Positions 17,346 to 25,944 of a stretch of 56,667 nucleotides of DNA are shown here, piece after piece (positions within the stretch are counted from its first letter, which is position 1; the number at the start of each line of letters is the position of its first letter). Source of the DNA: an uncultured virus (IMG/VR IMGVR_UViG_3300044568_002560) (taxonomy: Duplodnaviria; Heunggongvirae; Uroviricota; Caudoviricetes; Ackermannviridae); IMG/VR virus record IMGVR_UViG_3300044568_002560; one strand, given 5' to 3'. The notes below the pieces were generated by a model. The model ran no database searches. It had not been told where the DNA came from and worked only from the letters and a program-made list of their open reading frames with translations. Both the position numbers and the translations under genes were made by a program.

Positions 17346-19013
17346 TTATTCGAACTGATCGCCAATATCTGCTTCCAATTGGGTAGAAGATATGTTGATG
17401 TTGGTTCCGTCCTTTGGAATCAACCGTGAAGCAGTACTCTTGAATGCAACAGTAGTGTCCATTCCCTTGTGATTGGGTGCTTGGCTCAAATCCAACACAG
17501 AGTCGCCAAACATGGTGAGTTGAGCGACTTCCACATTGTTTTGATCGGCAATTCCGGAAGCAGGATAGAAACTGCCTCCGTACATTACCGCCTCGTTAGT
17601 GTTTAGATTGCCAAGAACTCCAATGTTCCACTCGTATCCGCTGCCGTTCATGTTGTAGATGTAATTTATCGTAGACAGGTTAGTTCCCTTTGTGTTTGCA
17701 TCACTTGATGGGTATCCAACCGTACAGATAGAACCAGCACTCAAACCATTTGAACCTAGTACTCCACTAACGGTTGGATTTAGTATCAGGTTTCCATTGG
17801 TTGTAACTATCACTGTTCCTGCTGTGCCACCTGATGCACCGCCCTCGTATTGCGGATATGTGCAAACGAATCCACTGGTTGATGTGATATCGCCTTCCAC
17901 ATTCAGTGTTGATACTGATTTTACAATACCGTTTGAAGAGTCTCCAATTCGTAGTGTTCGTGTGTTGCTGCTTTGGTCAAACGAAATGATATTATAATCG
18001 GTATAACTAAAAGGTTGTCCACCAGAGAATCCATTAGACACAAAAACTGGACTATTGGAACTAGTTGAATAAGCGTATCCAAATGCTGGTGCTAATACAA
18101 ACTTATTGCAAACAAGCCCATTACCAAAAACGCTTCCTGATTTGGTGGATATCTGTCCCGTAACCGAATTCCAAAAACCAGCAATAATAGAATCACCGTG
18201 TGGCAAAACATCGCCAATCGTGGTTGTTACGCCGGGTATTGCTCCATTATAAGCAGATTTATTTTGTTCAGTGCCTAATTTTGGAAGATTACCAACCGAT
18301 GCTATCGAATAAAAATTATACGAACCGTCGTATGCGTAAGTTACCCCACCGAATGTGAATCCACTTCCAGCAGTATACCCACGGAAATAGCAACGAGTCG
18401 GATAGAAGGAACCATCGTATACATATCCCATTGTTCTAATAAACTTTTCACCTTGGAATTGGGTTGGCTTTGATAGTGTAAGAGTTGCAGCAGTTGCACC
18501 AGTGGAACCAAAATTTGAACTAAAGTATGCTGCGGTTTCTTCTCCGTCAGCGGTGCTTCCAGTTACACCGAACGCTTGTGCGGTAAACCCTAGTCTTCGG
18601 CATTGTGCTGCCCATTCGTTCAGAATGGTAGTGTTCAATTCACCACCAATTTGCGAGAACGGATATGAGGGTTGTACAGTAATATAAACTGATCCTTTTT
18701 TAGCACTAATGGTTGAGCCTGCCGTGGTTCCACTCCAAGTCAAAGTAAGTCCAGTACCAGTACCAGTGGTTAAACCACCAAAAAGACACGGCGAAAATGT
18801 GGGAATAGCAACAGGAGTATAAGCACTTGCTGCACCATAAACTGATCCAAAATAGACATAATCTCCACCGTATGGTAGACGAGATGGAGTAACCCATTTT
18901 GCAAGAGTTGATCCTGCAACTGCGCTACTTGTGATTCGCCAATTCCCCAAACTGTGCCAAGACAAAGAGTTGATGTTTCCAGCGGTTGATCCTACCCAGT
19001 AGTAATTTGCCAT
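17346..19013 (-). CDS. Gly/Ser/Thr-rich beta-structured putative virion/adhesin protein (paralog 2)
   Basis: YWVGST..W..LGNWR N-terminus; paralogous to 19041-20654. Confidence 0.8.
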   Translation of the reverse strand: MANYYWVGSTAGNINSLSWHSLGNWRITSSAVAGSTLAKWVTPSRLPYGGDYVYFGSVYGAASAYTPVAIPTFSPCLFGGLTTGTGTGLTLTWSGTTAGSTISAKKGSVYITVQPSYPFSQIGGELNTTILNEWAAQCRRLGFTAQAFGVTGSTADGEETAAYFSSNFGSTGATAATLTLSKPTQFQGEKFIRTMGYVYDGSFYPTRCYFRGYTAGSGFTFGGVTYAYDGSYNFYSIASVGNLPKLGTEQNKSAYNGAIPGVTTTIGDVLPHGDSIIAGFWNSVTGQISTKSGSVFGNGLVCNKFVLAPAFGYAYSTSSNSPVFVSNGFSGGQPFSYTDYNIISFDQSSNTRTLRIGDSSNGIVKSVSTLNVEGDITSTSGFVCTYPQYEGGASGGTAGTVIVTTNGNLILNPTVSGVLGSNGLSAGSICTVGYPSSDANTKGTNLSTINYIYNMNGSGYEWNIGVLGNLNTNEAVMYGGSFYPASGIADQNNVEVAQLTMFGDSVLDLSQAPNHKGMDTTVAFKSTASRLIPKDGTNINISSTQLEADIGDQFE

Positions 19014-19040
19014 TGTGGTGTTTCCTTTTTAGATTTTAGA

Positions 19041-20654
19041 TTACTGCTCGCTTGCTAATTCGTCCGAACCAAGAGTGAGACGGGTTCCAATGTTTGGAAT
19101 GATTCGTACACCCGTGGAATAGCACTTGACGGTACTGACGAATCCACGGTACGAAGGTGCTCGGCTCAAATCAACCACGGCTACACCGTTTGCAATAATA
19201 TTGGTTATGGTTAGAGTGTCGTTGTTTCCGATGTACGGCGACACATACACAGTTCCACCAAACGAGTACAGATTTGTGGTGGTAAAGTTGCCCTGAATCT
19301 CAATGTTCCATTCTGGGCCAACTCCTGCATTGCTGTACAGGTTGGTAATGGTGGTAAGGTTTTGTTCTTTCAGATTTGCTGTGGTTGACGGATAGCCAAT
19401 GGTGCAAACGGGTGGCACAGAATCGTCTTCTCCGATTGGTGGAGACAACCACAGGCTACCGGGGAACACTTCAGTATTGGTTGATCCACCTGATAGTCCG
19501 GCAGAAGCCTGTACGGCACAAGTAAATCCTCCATTGGGAGTAATATCACCTTCAATATTGACTACCCCAATAGAGTTCATGTAACCCACGGTTCCGTATG
19601 TGCCAAGAATCAAATACCGAGCAGTACTGGTTTGACTCATGGTCAGATTACCTAGATTAAATCCACTATACGATGTGCTGTTGGTGCGTGTGGTGTAGTG
19701 GTTGGGATACGAGGCTGTGGTATTTTCGTAACCGTGATTGGGTGACAACTGAATCAGGTTAGCGTTGAGTGAATCCAGTTCAATGTCTCCACCGGTGCTG
19801 TTGTTGATTTGAGTAATGCTGTTCCAATTTCCAGCAAGTGACACAGAACCGTGAGTGTATATGCTGCCGTTTGGGGTAGGAACTGTTCCGGTAGATGCTC
19901 CGCTGTTTTGTGCGGTTCCGTATGGGCGCACTATCGCGCTGCCACGCTTATAGAAATTTTCAGAACCGTCAACCTTGTATGCGGTAATGCCTGAACCGCA
20001 AGCACCAGTTACACCACGGAAAAAGCACTTGGTTGGGCTTTGTGAGTAATCAGTAACCGTTCCCTTTACACGAATGTATTTTTCATTTTCAAAATCTGTT
20101 GGTCTGGAAACACCAAACCCGCCGGTTCCACTAAACACACTAATCGAGAATGTTGCAGAAGTTGTGCCTTCCACTTTTCCGGGATCCAAAACAAACAATG
20201 AAGTGTTTGGATACCCATTGTTTCTAACAGTTTCCGCCCATTCGTTTAGAACGGTGCTAGTCAAATCGCCACCTATTTGTGAGAACGGGTATGTGGGGCG
20301 AACAGTCAGATAAATTTCTCCAAACCTTTCAAGAGTGGTTCCGCCTGCTGTGGAACCGTACCATTGTGCTGTTGCGCCGTCTGCAAGGGTGTTTCCTGTT
20401 GATGTTCCACCAAACAGAAGTGGAGAGTAGATTACTGGTGCTACTGGTTCATATTTCCCTGCGGGTTCGGTGCTGTGTCCAAAATATACAATATCGCCAC
20501 CCATAGGAAAACGGTCTGCTGCCGATAGAGTTGCAACTGTGGCTCCGGGTGTGTTTGGAATAACCAAAGTTCTCCAATTTCCTAGACCGCTCCAAGACAG
20601 AGAATCGTTGCTGTCAGCAGTAGAACCTACCCAGTAAAATGTTTGTGATGGCAT
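19041..20654 (-). CDS. Gly/Ser/Thr-rich beta-structured putative virion/adhesin protein (paralog 1)
   Basis: Shares YPFSQIGG..LNEWA blocks with its neighbour; ATAAATA at 20708-20714. Confidence 0.8.
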   Translation of the reverse strand: MPSQTFYWVGSTADSNDSLSWSGLGNWRTLVIPNTPGATVATLSAADRFPMGGDIVYFGHSTEPAGKYEPVAPVIYSPLLFGGTSTGNTLADGATAQWYGSTAGGTTLERFGEIYLTVRPTYPFSQIGGDLTSTVLNEWAETVRNNGYPNTSLFVLDPGKVEGTTSATFSISVFSGTGGFGVSRPTDFENEKYIRVKGTVTDYSQSPTKCFFRGVTGACGSGITAYKVDGSENFYKRGSAIVRPYGTAQNSGASTGTVPTPNGSIYTHGSVSLAGNWNSITQINNSTGGDIELDSLNANLIQLSPNHGYENTTASYPNHYTTRTNSTSYSGFNLGNLTMSQTSTARYLILGTYGTVGYMNSIGVVNIEGDITPNGGFTCAVQASAGLSGGSTNTEVFPGSLWLSPPIGEDDSVPPVCTIGYPSTTANLKEQNLTTITNLYSNAGVGPEWNIEIQGNFTTTNLYSFGGTVYVSPYIGNNDTLTITNIIANGVAVVDLSRAPSYRGFVSTVKCYSTGVRIIPNIGTRLTLGSDELASEQ

Positions 20655-20884
20655 TTGGATTTCCTTGAATGGCGGGGGGTATCACGACAAATTTGTCAAT
20701 TTTAGAGTATTTATGCTTGCAGACGCTCCCACTATCCAACAATAAAAAATACACCAGTCCCCGTTTCTGCACCAAAAACAGGCAACACCGAATAAAGTAT
20801 GGGATGGGGTTGTGTGATCCTCCACAAGCCACGCTAGATACTGCACCCTTCGTGTGGAGGGCATTTTCTTAAAGGAGAAGATTG

Positions 20885-21640
20885 ATGAAGACTACTTTTG
20901 CAACTTTACTACTCGGCGCACTTGCCACCGTGGCTAGTGCACAAACGGCTCCTGAAGCCAAGGCTCCCGTCACCGCTCCCTCTGCTGCTCTGTTCAACAG
21001 CGTGAGTGTGGACGAGACTTTGGTCTTCTGGGGCAAGACCAATGTTGACACCGTTGTGGAACTTGACTCGTCTGTAAAGGGCAAGTTGTACGACCTCGTG
21101 GGTTGGCACATTACTGTTCCCGTGTACTCGCAAGACACCACTGGATACGGTGCAATCGACCTTGGTGTTGACTACGCTCTGGTCAAGGGCGTAAAGTTTC
21201 TTGGTGCTGACACCAACTTTGCCGTTGAAGGTGGCGCGTGGATGCCCACAGGCTCGGCTGGTTACGGCACTGATAATGTGAATCCCCATGTTGGTTTCAA
21301 TTACGACATGACTTGGGGTTCGATGGTATACGCTCAAACCTTTGATGTGCGTTGGGTTGGATCGTATGCGTATAGTCCCGTGTTTGGTAATTTTAACAAC
21401 TACGGTTTGAATGCCGAGTCGTTTGTTGCCTACAAGTGGAGCAGCCTACAGGTCGGCGTAGACCTGAACCAATGGTACACCGAGGGCAGCAATGTGGCTT
21501 TCCTTGGCCCAAAGGCGGAATGGGCTGTTTCACACAATGTTGACCTGAACGCAGGCTTCGGCGTTCCCGTATGGCAGGAAGTAAACGCTGCCAACGAGAA
21601 CTCGTGGGCTGTGACTCTGGGTCTTGGTATCAAGTTCTAA
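20885..21640 (+). CDS. Outer-membrane beta-barrel protein
   Basis: Signal peptide ending ASA-Q, alternating amphipathic strands, C-terminal beta-signal LGLGIKF. Confidence 0.85.
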   Translation: MKTTFATLLLGALATVASAQTAPEAKAPVTAPSAALFNSVSVDETLVFWGKTNVDTVVELDSSVKGKLYDLVGWHITVPVYSQDTTGYGAIDLGVDYALVKGVKFLGADTNFAVEGGAWMPTGSAGYGTDNVNPHVGFNYDMTWGSMVYAQTFDVRWVGSYAYSPVFGNFNNYGLNAESFVAYKWSSLQVGVDLNQWYTEGSNVAFLGPKAEWAVSHNVDLNAGFGVPVWQEVNAANENSWAVTLGLGIKF

Positions 21641-21659
21641 TTCTTAAAGGAGAATACAA

Positions 21660-21812
21660 ATGAAGAACACTAATTGCCCCGTTACTGGTTGCTTCTGCTG
21701 GAAGAACCCACTACAACTCGCTGGTTTTCTTGCTCTGCTGCCCTTCGCTGTGAAGGGTGCTGTGTGGGCATGGAACGCGGTGGGTGCGGCTCTTGCTGCG
21801 TGCTGCAAGTAA
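21660..21812 (+). CDS. Small Cys-rich membrane protein (50 aa)
   Basis: MKNTNCPVTGCFCWKNPLQLAGFLALLPFAVKGAVWAWNAVGAALAACCK; same TTCTTAAAGGAGAA RBS as the barrel gene. Confidence 0.7.
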   Translation: MKNTNCPVTGCFCWKNPLQLAGFLALLPFAVKGAVWAWNAVGAALAACCK

Positions 21813-21864
21813 TCTGTAACTGTACAGACACGAAGGGGACGGCAGAAATGCCGTCCCTTTTCAT

Positions 21865-22167
21865 TTAGATTTCACCGCCGTCAATCACATACACAACCGC
21901 ACCTGTTGCGCCGTTGAAACTGCTGACACCCTGCACATGCCCTGTTGCACCGTTAAACGACAACACACCGGCTGAGCCGGTTGAGCCTTGTGACGGTAAT
22001 GGAATTTCTCCCGCTATCAGTTCATCTCTAAAAATAGCATCCAAATCGCTTGCAACAATGAACGAAAGATTGTTTACTTCAACCACTTGATTGACGCTCA
22101 ACGCATCGCTGGTTAAAATTTCAGCGTGCCCTGTTGCGCCATCAAGCCTTGGATACTGTAGTGTCAT
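21865..22167 (-). CDS. Small structural protein with tail-repeat-like motifs
   Basis: VxSFNGATG repeats and C-terminal IDGGEI. Confidence 0.7.
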   Translation of the reverse strand: MTLQYPRLDGATGHAEILTSDALSVNQVVEVNNLSFIVASDLDAIFRDELIAGEIPLPSQGSTGSAGVLSFNGATGHVQGVSSFNGATGAVVYVIDGGEI

Positions 22168-22185
22168 GTGCGCTCCCGTTTGTGG

Positions 22186-22728
22186 TTAGCGGCAGTTCCA
22201 CTTTCGCAGCGACTTGTTGATTCGTGAATCAGGATCGTTTGCAGTTTTAGCAGAAGTAAGTTTGTTCTTCATGCCCTGCATTCGTGAGCAAAACGATTTG
22301 CGACGCTTTGCACTCTTGGAACCGGGTTTGAGTTTACTGGGCTTGGTGGTTACAGCCGTTTGCAGTTTGCTGCCCGGATTGGCTCGGCGATACGATTCCA
22401 CGCCCGCCTTGTTTAGCCCGCCTTCAGGATTCTTGCCTTCCTTGCGCTGCCATGCAGCCACGGCTTCGTTCACGGTATCGCCCACCATGTAGTTGCGAAC
22501 ACTTGAAATGTAGTCCGCAGCCTTGGTGATTTTGCTCTGTACCCACGCTTCAATTTCCTCGTCTTCACCCAGCATCTTGAGGAGTTCTTGTGCGTTGGCA
22601 ATCAATGACTTGAGTTCGCCACGAGACATCTCGCCTTCGTAGTCGCCTTCCACACCGCTGCCCGGAGCCTCGTCCAAACGGGAAATGCTTTCATTCAGTG
22701 CACGGTATTTGCTGGAATTAAATCGCAT
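22186..22728 (-). CDS. DUF6321-like T4-like phage protein
   Basis: AWVQSKITKAADYI; AWQRKEGKNPEGGLN...RRKSFCSRM...KSLRKWNC; CTAAATA at 22743-22749. Confidence 0.85.
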   Translation of the reverse strand: MRFNSSKYRALNESISRLDEAPGSGVEGDYEGEMSRGELKSLIANAQELLKMLGEDEEIEAWVQSKITKAADYISSVRNYMVGDTVNEAVAAWQRKEGKNPEGGLNKAGVESYRRANPGSKLQTAVTTKPSKLKPGSKSAKRRKSFCSRMQGMKNKLTSAKTANDPDSRINKSLRKWNCR

Positions 22729-22788
22729 AGAATCCTCCGCTGTATTTAGATTTTTTTATGGGTGTTCTACATACGGTGGAGGAAATAT

Positions 22789-23463
22789 ATGACAAATTGG
22801 AACACAACCAAATCCCTGAAAGCCGCACGAAACAACGCATTGGCTGGTGTGCAGCCACCCACTCCTCCTGATTTTTCAGATATTGGTACTCCCCCAACCA
22901 TTGATGTGGGTGGAGTCACTACTGATTTTGTGTTTGGTATACCGGGTGTGGTTCCCCAACGGGCAGACATTAGTGAGGCTGTGGTGGAAGAAACGATTGA
23001 ACGGTGGCCCGCTCGTCCGCGTCCAGCCGGATTCCCGTTGAAATATCAAGGCTTGGATGCCGGTGGTTTGGACGCAGAATTCATCACGGTAACAGGTCTG
23101 ACCGCTTCAGTAATCACCGCAAACACATGGGTGGGTTACTATCCGGGGCTGTCGTCCACTACTCAAGTAGGCGTGGCGAGCCAACTCACAGCAGGCGTGC
23201 CTGTGTCGTTCACCATTGCAGGTGGTGTGTCGTTGTACGGAACTGCGTATACGCCTCCTGTCACAACGGTGTACGCAGTGGACGGCAGCACTGCAGGCAC
23301 GCAATGGAACGGAACTATTAGCGCGGTAAACTACTCCACCAATACGCTTACCGTGATTCCTGCGTATGTCAGCAGAACTGTGCTGATTGGCGATCCCACA
23401 CAGGTGTGGTCGCTGTACCACACCGCCGCAGAAGCAGCCGAAGGCGAAGCCGAAGCCGAATAA
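22789..23463 (+). CDS. Putative structural protein
   Basis: SD GGAGG; CTACATA at 22767-22773; Thr/Val/Gly-rich. Confidence 0.7.
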   Translation: MTNWNTTKSLKAARNNALAGVQPPTPPDFSDIGTPPTIDVGGVTTDFVFGIPGVVPQRADISEAVVEETIERWPARPRPAGFPLKYQGLDAGGLDAEFITVTGLTASVITANTWVGYYPGLSSTTQVGVASQLTAGVPVSFTIAGGVSLYGTAYTPPVTTVYAVDGSTAGTQWNGTISAVNYSTNTLTVIPAYVSRTVLIGDPTQVWSLYHTAAEAAEGEAEAE

Positions 23464-23585
23464 AAAAAGAGGGGAGTCCCGTTACCCGTGGGACTCCCCC
23501 TACTATGGCGGTCGAAAGGTAGCGAAGTTCCTTTGCATGAGTAGCGTAATCTGTTCGCACAGTCCACGCCAACCCAGACCGTAAC
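23464..23585 (-). ncRNA. Candidate late small RNA complementary to 23S rRNA H69-H70
   Basis: CTAAATA at 23586-23592, GCGA tetraloop hairpin, terminator 23464-23500; plus strand resembles 23S positions ~1906-1979. Confidence 0.65.
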
Positions 23586-23630
23586 TATTTAGGTTTCCTG
23601 TGGTTGCAACTTTACGATTTTTTTATCGCC

Positions 23631-24071
23631 TTACACCGCGTCCCACTTGCCCTCCCACCGATACCAAATCTTGCGGTTGGCCCAATACTCTAAACCAAAA
23701 TTCATGCACGCGCTCCACAACTCTCGTGCCTGACTCCATGTCATGCTAGCCTTGCCGTCAACAAACAGGTGGGGAATGTGGATGGTGTACACACTACGCA
23801 ACCACACCTCGCGCTTCAGGCTTTGCGGATTCAGCCATGCGCGTGCGTGTGCCCCGTAACCACAAACCGTAACATCCATGCCGTCCACACGCCACTTGCG
23901 ACGGTGGCACACCCAACTAGGCGTGAACGCCAAAACGGTGGTGGTGTCGCCGCCCACAACACCGTCACACACCCGCCACCCGTGCATGGTGGGCAGCGGG
24001 TACTCTTGCGTAATATCTAGTGGCTCCTTTGGTGGCAGCGGCGTGAGTAATGTGGACGAGAAGTAGTTCAC
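23631..24071 (-). CDS. Hypothetical protein with ARxLW motif
   Basis: QARELWSACMNFG. Confidence 0.6.
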   Translation of the reverse strand: MNYFSSTLLTPLPPKEPLDITQEYPLPTMHGWRVCDGVVGGDTTTVLAFTPSWVCHRRKWRVDGMDVTVCGYGAHARAWLNPQSLKREVWLRSVYTIHIPHLFVDGKASMTWSQARELWSACMNFGLEYWANRKIWYRWEGKWDAV

Positions 24072-24074
24072 GGT

Positions 24075-24470
24075 TTACGCCTTGACCTCTACCGACACCA
24101 CCGCATCCAACTCTGCTTGTGAAAGCAGCACCGTGGGCGCGCATCGGCTTGCGTCCGCAACACTGGTGTGCCAACCGCTACGAATCAGCAGTCTCCACGC
24201 AAGACGAGCGGTTTCCGTGTATATAATAATCGTGCCAGATTCGGTCTTGTGCTTGCGATTGTACCTACGCGCCAGCGTGCCTATGATTGGTGTGCGTGCC
24301 CACAGCGGTGATTCCGGCGATGCCATAGTCATGGTGCACTTTCGGGTTTCGTGGTCAGGAGCGAATTCCACATAGTAGTTGTACGGATGCACGGTGGTGA
24401 TGTTGTGCTTTGCACCGGGTGTGCGTGGTTCCGCGAATCGTGCCCACAAGCGGTAAACGGGTTGTGTCAT
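24075..24470 (-). CDS. Hypothetical protein with ARxxW motif, leaderless
   Basis: TTGCAC-16-TATACT-6-ATG; TARLAWRLLIRSGW. Confidence 0.7.
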   Translation of the reverse strand: MTQPVYRLWARFAEPRTPGAKHNITTVHPYNYYVEFAPDHETRKCTMTMASPESPLWARTPIIGTLARRYNRKHKTESGTIIIYTETARLAWRLLIRSGWHTSVADASRCAPTVLLSQAELDAVVSVEVKA

Positions 24471-24599
24471 GCCCCTAGTATAACACACCCCTGTGGGAGT
24501 GCAATGGTGTGGAATATTTTTTTCGTCCAGTGTGGAATTAAAACTTTACCTGTTACCGTAATAGTTTAAGTGCTTCCCGCACCAGCGCGTGCCGTGCCC

Positions 24600-24905
24600 A
24601 TATTTGAAAACACGGGCAGTAACCGATTAGAGAGTGGGCATGGGGTTCCGTATAGGGATAGGGGACGGGGCTACGCGCCGTTGTACGGGGCTGCGCTGTG
24701 TGGGGTGGGGCTGATGGGGGTACAGGCGGGGCAGCGCGTGTGGCGGCACGCCGTGCGTGTGCTGATGAATATTTGAAAAGGTGGAAGGTAAAGTTCGCCA
24801 AAAGCGAATTCCGTAAACGAATATTTGAAATCTTGGGAGAGACTCATAGGAGTCCCAATATTTGAAATCTACTTTAGGCATTTCTAGGAGTCCCAATTTT
24901 TGAAT
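24600..24905. repeat. Dispersed ATATTTGAAA repeats and TAGGAGTCCCAAT direct repeat in a non-coding region
   Basis: Exact copies at 24600, 24769, 24821, 24858, variant at 24896; 13-mer at 24847 and 24885. Confidence 0.75.
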
Positions 24906-25063
24906 TGTGGCTTCGGGATTCTTCGCGGTACGGCTAGCCGGCCCCCCTCCACCCCATAGGGGCCCGAAATGACTGGTCCGCAAACGCCCGACTCGCGTGA
25001 CCCGTAACAACCGTGTTTGTAGCGCGTGTTCAGGGCTTCCACACACGCGGGAAACCCCTGTAG

Positions 25064-25134
25064 AAATAAAAAAACCCTGACCGCACTACGCGATCAGGGC
25101 TGTTGCCCGCAGAACTCTACTAATGGGGGCAAAG
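25064..25134 (-). ncRNA. Candidate small RNA antisense to leaderless early mRNA starts
   Basis: Hairpin TTGCCC/GGGCAA with GTAGAGTTCTGC in the loop, followed by terminator CCCTGA/TCAGGG plus T7. Confidence 0.55.
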
Positions 25135-25146
25135 TATCTATTAGAA

Positions 25147-25219
25147 TAGGTGCGGTGGGATTCGAACCCACACTGTGGAGATTTTGAGTCCCCTATCTCT
25201 GCCGTTGGATTACGCACCC
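25147..25219 (-). tRNA. tRNA-Leu(CAA) with short variable region
   Basis: Cloverleaf GGGTGCG/CGCACCT, anticodon loop CTCAAAA, 73 nt. Confidence 0.9.
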
Positions 25220-25227
25220 GGGTGCAT

Positions 25228-25431
25228 TTATTCCGCGTCGGTGTCCCACGGTTCATCGGGGAATTCATCAGCAGAATCGGTCACATCGGCTTCCATGTCT
25301 GTGCCGCCTTCGTCATCGCTGGGGAATTCGATCCAATCATCGTCCCAATCCGCATCAGGATCGTGCGGGTACATGGGCGAATCGGAACGGATGGAACGCT
25401 CAAAATCACTCATTCGGAGTTGCTTGCACAT
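25228..25431 (-). CDS. Small highly acidic protein
   Basis: D/E-rich, SD AAGGA. Confidence 0.6.
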   Translation of the reverse strand: MCKQLRMSDFERSIRSDSPMYPHDPDADWDDDWIEFPSDDEGGTDMEADVTDSADEFPDEPWDTDAE

Positions 25432-25472
25432 GCTGTGTGTTTCCTTGTAGGTTTGCGAGTGTACGGGGGAAG

Positions 25473-25545
25473 CGTCCCCGAGTGGATTTGAACCACTGAC
25501 TTGCCGCTTAGAAGGCGGCTACTCTATCCACTGAGTTACGGGGAC
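25473..25545 (-). tRNA. tRNA-Arg(TCT)
   Basis: Cloverleaf GTCCCCG/CGGGGAC, anticodon loop CTTCTAA. Confidence 0.93.
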
Positions 25546-25552
25546 GGGTAAT

Positions 25553-25912
25553 TTACGCCTTGACGGGAGCCGGAGACGGAACCGCAGCCGGAGCCGTGCC
25601 CTTGACATTCTTGCTGCCAGCCTTGCGTCCGCGATTATTGGTGTTCACGACCAGCGTCTTGATCTCTGCATTAATTTCAGGAATCAAGTAGTTTCCGCGA
25701 CCACTACGGCGCGACTTGGGCGCAGCAATCCACGCAGGCACGGCAATGTACGCAGAATCACTCTGGAGCAGTGCCAGCAGTTCCTTGCGGCTCACGGTGC
25801 ATTCGTCAAAAACCGTGATCTTGCTGCGGTTCTGCTGAATCCACTGAATAAAGGCGATCTGACCGGGGGTGTACGAGGGGAGCATGATGTTGGTGTTGGT
25901 GTTGGTGTTCAT
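25553..25912 (-). CDS. Putative DNA-binding protein, paralog of the AAA ATPase N-terminal domain
   Basis: AVPAWI...SRRSGRGNYLIPEI...RGRKAGSK. Confidence 0.7.
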   Translation of the reverse strand: MNTNTNTNIMLPSYTPGQIAFIQWIQQNRSKITVFDECTVSRKELLALLQSDSAYIAVPAWIAAPKSRRSGRGNYLIPEINAEIKTLVVNTNNRGRKAGSKNVKGTAPAAVPSPAPVKA

Positions 25913-25944
25913 TGTGTTTCCTTTGTGTGTGTGAGTTGAGAGAT

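Noticed and set aside
20790..20870. Fluoride or other known riboswitch
   Set aside because: Only superficial resemblance; the consensus elements could not be placed
23502..23588. True rRNA gene fragment, host contamination or integration scar
   Set aside because: H71 is cleanly absent, the order is permuted and the segment is bounded by phage promoter/terminator signals, so it is reported as a candidate sRNA instead
24821..24905. Mini CRISPR array
   Set aside because: Only two imperfect ~22-bp units with ~16-bp spacing
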